Of a DNA stretch of 64,000 nucleotides, positions 13,801 to 25,800 are shown piece after piece. Position numbers and translations under genes: made by a program. Source of the DNA: Leptogorgia sarmentosa (Eukaryota). Below the pieces are notes generated by a model that was given only the letters and a program-made list of their open reading frames with translations, did not search any database and had not been told where the DNA came from. The DNA is taken from assembly GCA_964658305.1 (NCBI GenBank), contig OZ210884.1, forward strand, positions 3,348,001 to 3,412,000. Reading direction: 5' to 3'. The stretch's first letter is position 1. Every line of letters starts with the position of its first letter.

Positions 13801-16800
13801 ATCACATGGCATAACGCTTTGGCACTCATCGATATCTGAAATAATACATGTGCATGTAATGAACATTTCAGTTTTCTCAAAATTAGTCATGATTTTAATG
13901 CAGGTGATCTAACATGCTATTTCGGCGAATGTCATGGGCATACGGTCTGCGTTTTTAAGGGAGGGGGTGGGGGGGGGGGGGGTCAACGATTTGAAAATAC
14001 TAACTCCACTAATTAATCTTTTGTACGCTCCCTGAGGTGAACAAGTAAAGGATTGTTGATATTACTTTACTCCTCAAATTTTTGCCCGCGTTATGCTCAA
14101 AATTTTCGCTTTCTTTTTTTTCAGTTCGGCTGTTGCACCACTTGCCACCCTCCACCCTTTCGCCTCATATGCCTATGGGTTATGTGGAATAATCCGATAA
14201 TCCAATGTAGAAACTGGTAACTTTACAAATTCGAGCCGTATGTCAAATTTTTGGTAAGAATATTATAAGCGAAAGGACAAGGAATTGTTCTCATTTCCAA
14301 ACATAAAACCGTACTCCTTCTTTGTATTAATTAGGAAACCCATCTTATTGGTTTTTACTTGGTCACGTATTATTTCAATAAACTTCATTTTACTTAACCC
14401 ATGAAAACACGTCTGATTTTTCTCGAGCCCCACCCTAATTCCCGACGAAGGGTTTTTGCTCGAACATATTCCCCAAAATTCACGCACTTTGGTGATGATT
14501 GGATGGTCATGGTCTTACCTTTGATAGTTATTGCTGTCAACATGTTTCCACTTAGTTGATATTGTCCAAGGAAAACTCCAGTAGAGTTAACTGAAAGTAC
14601 AGACTGTATGGCAGACTGTACAGATGATTCAGTTTCATTGGTTGCAGCTTCATCAAGTGATACCAAGAACGAGACAATGACCGATCCATTCCTGTCATCG
14701 AGAACACAACAATATCAACCAATATTATTTAATTTGCAAACGTTTCACTTGTTACGAATATTATAAGTTTTCTTATAACTTCTCAGGACATGGAGTGAGG
14801 GAGAATTAAAAGCAAAAATCAGTTCCCTTGAAAAAATTTCAAAGATAATGCACCTTTAAGAAAAACGATATATTTTTTAAAAGCATACATGTTTCGACAC
14901 CTTCAGGATTGCATGCATCTTCAGTGCAAAGTGAACAATATGTGGTAATATGATACAATAATATAATTCATATGTATCATATTACCACATATTATTCACT
15001 TTGCACTGGAGATGGCATCCTGAAGGTATCGAAACATGTATGCTTTTAAAAAATATATCGTTTATCTTAAATGTGTATACGTTTTCTTACTAGTTTTTAC
15101 GACAGCTGAGTACTAAAATCAATTGCGTGCTGAGCACGGAAAGTTACACTACATTTGCTGTCGATGATAATAAGTTGGGTTTTTATAATAAGGGATCATG
15201 CATCGTTTCAATCATAACAGAACTAAACACTATGGTCTATATATGAGACAAGCTAGCTTGCATGGACATAAAATGAAGTAATTACACCATGTTTGTATTA
15301 CACTAATAATTGAGTTCATGTGCTCGTGAACGAACGCCATCCCCGCGGCAAAAAGCCGTAGCGAGACCCATAATCGGGATGGTGTGGGTATTATATGGTC
15401 GTTTTCACATACTCTAAATCAAGCGATTTATAGAACCAGTAATGAAGAACAGGAATATAATATATCATCGAACATGCTACGCCTCAGCCTAAGGCTTATA
15501 TTATATTCCCTAAAAGTACCTGTAGCCGGACACTTGACATCCTCTGTATCGATTTGAAAGTCGACTGCGTCCAAAATATAAGTTAATCTACAACGAAACA
15601 AAAAAAATGTTTCATAATAATGGTAGTAGCTGGGTCCACTCTTTTCGCGCCAACGATGTGCAAAAGTGGATGAATGAGTAAATACTTCGAGTTCAACAAG
15701 GCAATCGTGAATATTCGTCATTATTTATCATATAGTCAAATTTTCCCTTTTTAGTGCAAAGTTTCAAAGAAACTTTGCAGTATTGTGATGAGTGGGGAAA
15801 ATTCACATCAGTCATCGAGTAATCGAGTCATCGAGTAATCGAGTCATCGAGTCATTCAGTCATAGTGTAAACTCCGGGGGGAGTGTCCCAATTTCTCTTG
15901 ATGTACGAAACTCCGTAGTGTACCGATGTCCTTTCAATTTTTAAGCAAAAATTATCCAATTGTAACGTTATACTATTGTTCATCATTGTTTGCAGCTATT
16001 TGTATGGATAAGAAATTTAACTGGGGAAGTAATGTAATCTAAAATGCCTCGAGTTATAGTACACAATGCCGCAAAGCCCCTCCGGAATTTGGATTTTTGC
16101 GAAAATTGCAAGCTCAGCACGTGTTCGTGGGATGAAATATTTGTGTAATACAATATGGCGGACGCTAAGGAGTGCGACATTGAATCAGTAATGTGGCCAA
16201 GTTTCAACAATGTTTGAGCATGTTGCCAAAGCGGTTAAAATGTTATTTGAATATCTGCGATGAATCTAGAAAACAAGTATGGGTTGTCATGAACAAAAAT
16301 AGCCATAGCCCATACTATCAACTGCTGCCGTGGATATTGTAAATCTGCATACATTTTTAGTTTGCCGTATTTGCCTTGAGGGTACACTTGATGCAGTAAC
16401 ACAGTAAACTCGTCGCAACAAGAAAACCATAATTTTAAATCTTATTTAGTTCATACGATTGATATATAATGGTCGATATATTCGCTTCACGCATTTATTT
16501 GAACGTGTTTGTTCCATTTGTTCTCGCCATAGTCCCAGCCTAGCTGTTATGGAAATATTCGCATTCATGTACTCCGAATGTAAAAGAATAATTTACTACA
16601 ATCAAATTCAGCCAGTTGCTCGCTTTTGCCTTGTAATATATTTTAGTCGACTGAATAGACGACATGATTCATGATCATACTGATAGAAAATAGTCAACAG
16701 GACAACAGCTTCAGTAAGCTTGGGTTGCTTGTCTAGATTGTTTACATGATAACTATATATGTAGGCGAAGAAAAGTAAATTTAACGTTGGCCTAAAATTG

Positions 16801-19800
16801 TGATAGACTGAATTTCTATTACTACGCAGAGGTAACCTACAGGTTATACATTTGTTGAGTACTGTATAATCGCCCGTTCATTGTTACACTCCGTTTCATT
16901 ATTATACCGTGAGGGTCAGAGGTCAGAGATTCGACAAAATAATGTGGAGCACGCGAAATTTGAACGTGCGGATTTCCTTTTTTGGCTATAAAATCTTTTA
17001 AATTATTTTATTATACTACATCAAGCTTTTCTTTGAGCTGATGTTACATGGAATGATTTTAACGGCAATTCGGATCACAACAGGGCCGAACAGGCCGCCA
17101 AGCGACATTAGCTTTAGCTCGATATCTTCGTAGAAACTTTGCACTATCCTTGGATTCCTAGTCTTGTTTTACATTGGTCAAGATCATATCATGCGAGATT
17201 AGTGAAATTAAGCGAAATGAGAAGCGCGGAATTTTTTTGTGAGTCTCGGAGTAGATTTGCTTTCATATTTCCCAAAAATCTAATCTGGCGGAAAGGCTCT
17301 CAAGCAAAACAAAGGGGAAAAATAATGCTCGCAGATAAGGACGCCATATCAACCCAAAATGTGGCAAAGCAGGGGATAAAAGTACCACCACAGTACTGCG
17401 CTAAATATAATATTTCATGTATCTTCGTCTACCTGTTCCGTTTTTTTTTGTCGACTCTTATGCATAATAAAATGCTTATTGGCTCACTGGACCCTCGGTT
17501 TTGCCCAGGGAAACATCAACGGTTACAGATGAATGTGAAATGTCTCATGTCTGCTATTTTTGAATTTATTTCTCTTTTCAACCATATACATCGTTTACCT
17601 GAGCAGACAATCATGTACAACTATAAACTTACCGATCTTTCGATTAATGAAGTAAGCCGTTGCCAATCAAGTGTAGTGGGATTTAGGAGATTACTATTAA
17701 AAACGATATTGGTGATAATAAAGGTTCCACTGAACGTTCTGGCGTCTAGGAATAAACATAACTTATTACTGTCATCGACCTCAAACCATAACATTAATTA
17801 ACTTATTAGTTATTTAGACATTAGTTTTCGAAGGCTGCTTCCGTAAATCAGTTTACAAACAAATGAAATAATTTTGAAAATCCTGTACTTATTTTGTGAG
17901 AAACACGTGTTTCGTTTGATAATGATGATTGTAAGCTTAACATTGTACAAAAAATTAAGTATCCGGACTAGTGTATTATACTGTACGTAGCTATATATAA
18001 GGACTGGCATATCACCAAAACACAAGACGAGCAAGCTAACGTTGGCTAATGTCACCACGTTCAACGTGAAAACAAATTGCATTAACCATTATAGCTAAAT
18101 TCCGCGAACAAAGGTCATTTCATTTCAGAAACATTTGAAAACAAATCGCACTTTGACTTGTTAAAACCATTTTCAAGTTTTTCCAACGTTTTTTCGGCTA
18201 TTAGACAATTTAACTAAGGCCGAATATGCATGATTTTATTTCTTTATGCAGCAGCATTCTGGGAAGGAAAATATTCTAGATGAATTAATGCTGGCGTAGA
18301 GCAAAATATTGTAAAATATTCTAGTACGAGGTTTTTCTCCGAGAAAAATTGGTATCAACTGCATAGACGAATGCCCTGATTGATTGACCACAACCATAAA
18401 AAATTTAATTTTATAATCAACTTTAAACTCATAATACCATTCTCATGCACCTGTATGAATTGCCGATCTACTTACTTATGCATTCACCATTTCTCAAAAT
18501 TTGTCTCGGACTATTACAGTAACAACGTCTTCCCCCAATTTTGTCGACGCACCGTTGAGCACGGCCACAAGGAGACACATCACACGCATTAAGATCAACT
18601 ACTAGATAAATTACATCATTGAGAGACGTGATTAAATGTTTGTTTTACTAGCTTTGCTTCTGCAATCTTTACAAAGAAAAGGCAAATCTGATTTCTTCGA
18701 GGTATTCAATGATCATACAAAAATGAGGCTGAAATGTCTTTTTCGGTTAATATATTATATTAATTGACAGTTAGCTACTGTGTATTTTTGATTCGGTATC
18801 TAACAGTCTACTCATATAAAAATGAACTTGATAAAGAGTAGACCCGTACCACTGCAAAATGTTGATAACGATATACCTAACATGGAAATAACTTGGGCGA
18901 ATGGAAAACGAGGGCCAGGGATTTTCAATTGAAATCTACTTAATTATTCCAATTACTTCCAATGCTGTTCTCCAAAAAAACCTACCAACATTAGCAGCTG
19001 GTGTTGGCTGACCATCTCTTGATAGAACATATTTATCCCTCAGTTTCAACTTTGTGACACCATTTTCTGTTATAGATACCAATCCTGCACGGAATTGTCT
19101 TCCAATGAAATCATCCCCAACTTCATTTTGTGTTAGTGCTTGTGAAAAGTAGATATTCAGTGAAACTGCTGTTGCCGAATTCGTTCCATTTCCGTCGCTG
19201 AAAATACCGATTGAAAAATAAAAATCAACAATGTAATTAATACTGAGCGAAAAATTGCTGAAGTGTTTAAGAGAGTCGAACGGAAGACTTAATAACATAA
19301 CTCTCAAGATTAAAATACGTTTACTGGTTCTTGTACAAACACATTAATTCCTTTCAAATTTTTAATGCTATATGAACTAGCCCAAGCTGTAAATCATTCG
19401 TCAGTTTCGCCAGTAAATTCAACAAAGAAATTTGAGTAGTAGAAGATCCATTTAAAAAAACTCATTAACAAATGCCAATAATTTACCGAATAATCTTTTG
19501 TAGCTACAAAAAATCTTTATAAACTAATTATTTGGTTGCATTACCTAAAGTTAATCAAACGTGAACCCAGGTATAGTCCTGATAAAGACGTTTGCATGAA
19601 TTGTTCATTAGTCTAAAAAAGACATAATATGAAATTATTATTTTATTTAATTTTCGATTATCGCTCATTGCATTAGCTGTAACAGTCCTTCTTACTAGAT
19701 GTTACTATACAATTGAAAGAGATTTTGTGTCCGGCCAAAATAGCTACTGTCGTCATAACAAAATGCATTCCTGCATGGGTGATGGGTAAAATGTCTTCCA

Positions 19801-22800
19801 CTTTTCGTTAAATTTGCAGTACAATATATAGAATAGGTGAAAACTAGTTGCGTTATAGATTAGTGTGTTACTCAAAAACTTTAAAAATCAAAAAAGCAAT
19901 GACCGTAGTTTCATGAAATGCGCAATCCTTTATGCCAATATGTAGTACGTTTTTTTCATATTATGCTAATCAAGTCTTTCTCCCATAATCACATAGAGGG
20001 CAAAATGACTAAAACATGATCGGCTAATGAGGAGGACATTTTTGCTCAATTCATGGGGTAAAATTACTTGCCCCTGATTGGCTATACAAATTTCCGAATG
20101 TTTTGGGTTCATTTCACGTCGGACACTTAATGGCTGCCTCGAAGTATTTTTCGTGTGTGAAATCGACAAATTAAATTAGTTTCATTTTAGTCAATATTGA
20201 AGCAAATTTGTTGAATAAACCTGTCGTTTATATATAATTTGTATATCGTTTCATTTCATTTTTCAGCGATTTGTGTTTGAATAGCTAAATCTTCTCTTCG
20301 ATGAGATTAACAGGTAATCGCGTAGGGTCGTTTTAAAATTAAAGTTTAATTTCACTGGTGTTTTTAAAGTTTCGAAATCGGACCTCGTCGCTTGGGGCCT
20401 TGTGCAATTTGAGAAACTTCGAAAACACGCTTGAAATTATCATTAATTTAACTCGGCCCTGCGATTATCTCTACTAATTAAAAACTTACAGCGGTCTCCA
20501 CATCCATTCGTAAATAAAGGAATAATTTAGACAATTCATTACTCAGGTCGCTGTGATAATAAAAACCTTCCAGTATTGTAAAACTCAGTTGGAAAACAAA
20601 CGCATCTAAGACAAAAAACAACATTAGATATGGCATTCGTTGCGATTGCTTGCGCTGCGATAAGGCATATTTCATGCGATTTCTGGAACGATTTTCTCCT
20701 TTTTATGAATGTGAAAGTGTAAAACTAGTGTCGAATGTTCAGGCGAGGAAGAGCGCACCCAGTACATTCGTTGGAAATCCAGTCTTCTCGCATCCATCAC
20801 AACGAGGAAATCGCTCGTATCAACGGGCTATAATACACCCTTTTTGGAAAGCATAAGTTATGGTGCTTAACTTGGGAGCGAAGCTTAGTCGCTATAAGAC
20901 TGGTCAAAATTTTCTATTTTGAAAGGAACAGAAATTTAAAGCGACTTTGGTGAAGAGTTTAAAATTTGTTCCAACATTATGTGGTGTTGCTACCTGAAGC
21001 AATAGGTAATTGGTGCAGTACTTAGCTATAAGATTTGGTGATTCGACCTCTTTTTGAGTTATGCTTTTCAAGGCGATAAATTCAGTATATAAAAGTCCAT
21101 TATATATGCCATAATCCAGAAAAGACCCACTTCGAAAACATTAAAGTAAGTATAGGATGAGCATACCTTCACAAATACTAGCATTGTTAGGCCATTGACC
21201 AAACGGACAGTCACAGTCATGACTTCCGTATAGATTTCTGCATACTCTTCCGCTTTCGCAAGAGGATTCAATGGCACATTCATTTATATCTAAAATGTAA
21301 TCATCGTCTTAGATTCCTAATTTTCTCATTTTGCATAAGGTACTGTACATCATGAATATGACTTCAGCTAACACTACCAATCACGAATTTCGAAAGTAAT
21401 GAATGTGTTCAAATTTATCAAGTAATACCGGAAAATTGATCATGGACACAGGGCGTCAGCAAGTGGGGAACTTGGAGAGGGAGGGGGGGTGGGGCTGCGA
21501 TTCCCTCAGGACAGCGAGGGGGGAGTGGGAAAGAGCGAAGGCGCGGGAGGGGGGGGGGTTCGTTGTTTATACACTGCAGATTAGGAAATAAATTATGTAA
21601 ATGTTAAGATCATTTCAGACAAAAAGGCAAAGCTTCAAGCGACAATCATTAATGGATCATCAATTTTATGTAAGTATGCGGCTTTGATTTAATAAGGAAT
21701 TCGTCAGCTTTACGGTCGACTTTTAATTTGAATGTTCTAGCATTAAGCTAAACGCACAAAAAATGTATGAATGACTGAATAATTGTATGTAAAAACAGCA
21801 ATAGCCTACTCAACATGTAAGATCTATGGGCACCGAGAGAGTGAAAACTCATTTTTATAAGGAATCAATAGGAAATCAGTGGAAATTTGCTTGAAACTCT
21901 ACGTCTTTTGTCATTCATACATAATATACATGTTCATCAAAAAGACGAATTCGAAATGATGTAATGTAAACACTACAACTATTAAGTTTCGCAAACATAA
22001 GTCTCTGGCTAATGTGAATACGGAAGGTATCATATTTTTAGTCACTCTGTATAAGTAAGAAAAATTTGAATAAAAATGTAAGTGCTTACCGGTACACGAC
22101 GGGAATTCAAATCCGGGCTTACACCTATATTCACATCTTCCTATTTGGTCGAGACAAACTGCTGCATTTTCTGGACAACCGTTTGGTGAGCTGCACTCAT
22201 TGATATCTGAAACGTGAAAAATAGATGAAGTCAAAATAGGTATCTCAAAATTTTCTAACTACATTGCGCCCTGTCGAGGCAAGAAAAATGAATCACAATG
22301 CAAAATGCCGCTGATTTTCAACTGCGGACGCCACAATTTCGCACATCTTTCTTTTGAGGCTATTGTTCACCCAACAGATTGTGAGATTACAGATTTGTTC
22401 TGTACAGTAATTTTGAATCGTCGCATAGACACAGGCATGCAATAGCGTCAAAGTGGCTGCCTGCTAATAGTTTTTGCTTCGAAATAAAACTGGGTAAACT
22501 GCTGAATGAGGGAATCACTGGAAATATTGAAAAGTATAAAGAATACGCAGCCTTTATAAATTAGTTTATTGTCGTGGCAACTATAAACTTCAACATGTAC
22601 ATTCAATCTTCCAGCAGTTTGAAAAACAAGTCAGTCTAATAGATTGAATTCAGATTGACAAATACTATTTCAAATTGCACTTCGATTGAAAGATTTTCAG
22701 TCGATAAAGACAACTGAGCATCGTTTCAATCTTAGCTAATTTGTAAAGATTTACAATTAATTCTAAGCCAATGATTGATTTTTTTATTGATTTTTCTTTC

Positions 22801-25800
22801 AATGCCGCATGTGATTGATTTTCAATCGAAAGTGTTTGGTCCGTAAGAACAATCCTAAAGAGATTGTTTTTACGGATAAATAGATTGAATTTTCAATCGT
22901 TTAAATTTTGAGAGAAAAAACGACGATTAAACAATCTTCCTTACCGTAACAGTTCATGCCATCTCCAGTGAAACCATAATCACACGCACAGGTATAAGAA
23001 CCTGGCGTATTAGTACATGTTGCATTGCCATGGCAAGTATCACTACCACTGTCACATTCTTTAATATCTAAATATTACATGTATAATCATATAGAGGGCA
23101 AAATTACTTGAACCTGATTGGCTAAATTTTCAAAATGTTTAAATTGTGTTCATTTCATGTCAGCACATTTCAGTATTTGTCGCGTGTTAAATCGACAAAT
23201 TGAGTTAGTTTCAAGCAATTTGGTGAAAATTTAAACACTTTTTTTGAATATATAAACCTGTCGTTCAGTATATAATTTGTTTATCGTTTATTTCATTTCC
23301 CAACGTTTTTAAGCCACATTAATAACTATATAGTGCCGCAGGAAGCGCCGAATCTAAAATTCTAGCGATTTATGTTTGAATAGATCTTATCTTCTATATG
23401 ATTAACATGTAATCGCATTGGGTCCTGGTAAAATTAAGGATTAATTTCACTTGTGTTTTCAAAGTTTCGAAACTTCGAAAACACGCGTGAAATTAATCCT
23501 TAATTTTACTTGCTCCCATGTGATTACCTATACTAATTTGGTAATAACCAATTTCGAAATTATATATTTTTGGCTGACCCGTTAAACAAATACCTCAACA
23601 GGTATTACCCGATATTTCTCAATTGAGAACATGGGTAATTCCCACGCTAGACCAACGTCCAAGTAGCCTGGCCTGGTAAAATATGAATAGTGATTGTCCG
23701 GTTCTATAATCATATGCATTTAGCGAGTCTAGGCTGGTCAGCAGCGAGCTGGAATTAACTCATGTGATATCACTGCAGAGCTTAAGTGAAATTACGTTAT
23801 TAAGAACGGACTTTTTCTGTGGGTGGTGATGGGATATACATTGGAACTGACAGGAGACAAAAAAGAAATATCGATATAAATAAATTTCAATACAAAAAAA
23901 ATTGGAGCCAGACAATTACTACTCAGTTTTTCAAAAAAACATTTAAAAGCGAGGTAGGTGGTAATCTACTAAGATATCAAAGTGTTCAAGATGCTAAGAC
24001 ATTTTTTAATTCGACCCTCAAGTGGAAATTGGCTATTTCACATTTCCAAACCTGTCTTAACGAACTTAATATCCATTCGTACACACACGACTTCAAATTA
24101 TATTACTAAGAATGTGTTTCGCATAGAGAGAAAAAAATGCACGTACCTTCGCAAGACGTGCCATCCCCTGAATATCCTTCCTTACATTTGCAAATATAGG
24201 AACCCTCTGTATTTGTGCAATTTGCTTGGGCGTGGCAATCGTTCGTTGTAGAAGAACTGCATTCATCAATATCTAAAGACAAACAAATAAAACACAATTA
24301 GAAGTGTACTACAGTTATAAAAATTTTTATTCGGTATTCGTTTTGGTATAGATATTTTCTCTAATATAAATAATTTTTGCCGTCGACTGATTTATTGCCA
24401 TTAAAATGTCAATTGGTCAAGTCATGACCAAGTGTTTCTAGAATATATTATATAATATTAATATAGAAAATTAATATGAACCATGCGGTCAAAAATATCA
24501 GCATTGGACAATGTGCTGCCCATATTGTTAACATTTGTTTACAATGATAAACAATATTTAACAATGTCAATATAATTCAATCATGGTTTCGTCTATACAT
24601 TGAAACAAGCTGATCATTCTTTACCGGGTTATTTCTACATATTTCACTGACCTTCGCAAACTGTACCAGGACCACTGAATCCTCCATTACAAGTACAGAT
24701 ATAGGATCCAAATGTCTTCGTACACGTTGCATTGCCATGGCAATCATGCATGGGATCAGACGCATCACATTCATTTACACCTATATAATGTCAACGACTA
24801 TAAATTAAATGGCAAGCATTACGTCTGATAGAATGGAGGTTTTTGATTGGACGAGAAGCCTTTTTTCTACTTAATAAAAAAAATTAAGTTCCCTGTGGGA
24901 TTTAGTGGAATCACGTGGACATCACGCACTGTATACTTTTAGCAATGCTCAATAATGGTTTTGAATCTTTTCCTGATAATGCTATTTTTATTTTTACAGA
25001 GTAGAGTTTAGTTTGATAATAAGAGAAAGAGATCGATCCACGAATTCGCTGTTAGGGAACTATTTCTGGCCGGCTATTTACACCCTGGAAACCCTGGCGT
25101 CGTATCAGATGTCAATCTTTCTTTGAATGCGTATATATGTATAGGCTATAATGTTTATTTGTAACAACATGCTAATATGATAAATTAATTGTATTCCTGC
25201 TTTCTTGGATACAATCCAAACAGTACTAGCTAATTTTTAATACCGTAATTTATTATATCTGGCTGACATAAATGCCGCACGCTGATTGGTTGATTAGCGG
25301 TCCGGAAAAAGTCATCTTGCCCGATCGTGAAACTATTATACAAATAAAATTTTTAAGGAAGCTAAATCTTATTATGCCGTACCGTGACGATGAAGAACAC
25401 TCCCTGATTGAATTTTACTGTCCCAGAAAAACACACGACACAAAATGCTGAGTTTTAAAGTGAAAATAATGGCAAACAAAACAACAGTTCGAAAACTGTT
25501 CCGCATATTGCTTTCACAGCACTTAATGGCTTCATTTCGCATCGAACGTTTGTTGTTTATCACGACATTTACATTATATTTTTTTATTCAATTTTTTCCT
25601 TTGTTATAGCTATTTTTATTGTTTTGTTGTTGTACAGCAGTGAACGGCCAGAAACCGCCATTCAGTATGCCAGCGTATACGGCTGAACGTTTTAGCAGCG
25701 AAAGTGTTTTCTAGTTCTTTCTACAATGTCAGAACAAATTGCGATCGATATTAATAAATCCCTTATTAACCTCATTTGCTCTGTCTGTACGGGAAAGTAT

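Larger units (their letters stand above)
2247..14215. repeat. Intragenic tandem duplication, unit III (about 12.0 kb)
   Basis: Colinear with unit II; long stretches are near-identical, introns included. Confidence 0.95.

Noticed and set aside
15810..15863. Regular 8-mer repeats; also the long repeats as a possible CRISPR-like array
   Set aside because: No unique spacers and no cas genes. It is a minisatellite inside a eukaryotic transposon.
17139..17801. 220-aa plus-strand ORF (and its copy 29502-30164), the longest in the track
   Set aside because: It begins inside the Helentron-type element, crosses intron sequence and ends antisense to a SEA exon. It is broken in the third copy and has no recognisable domain.
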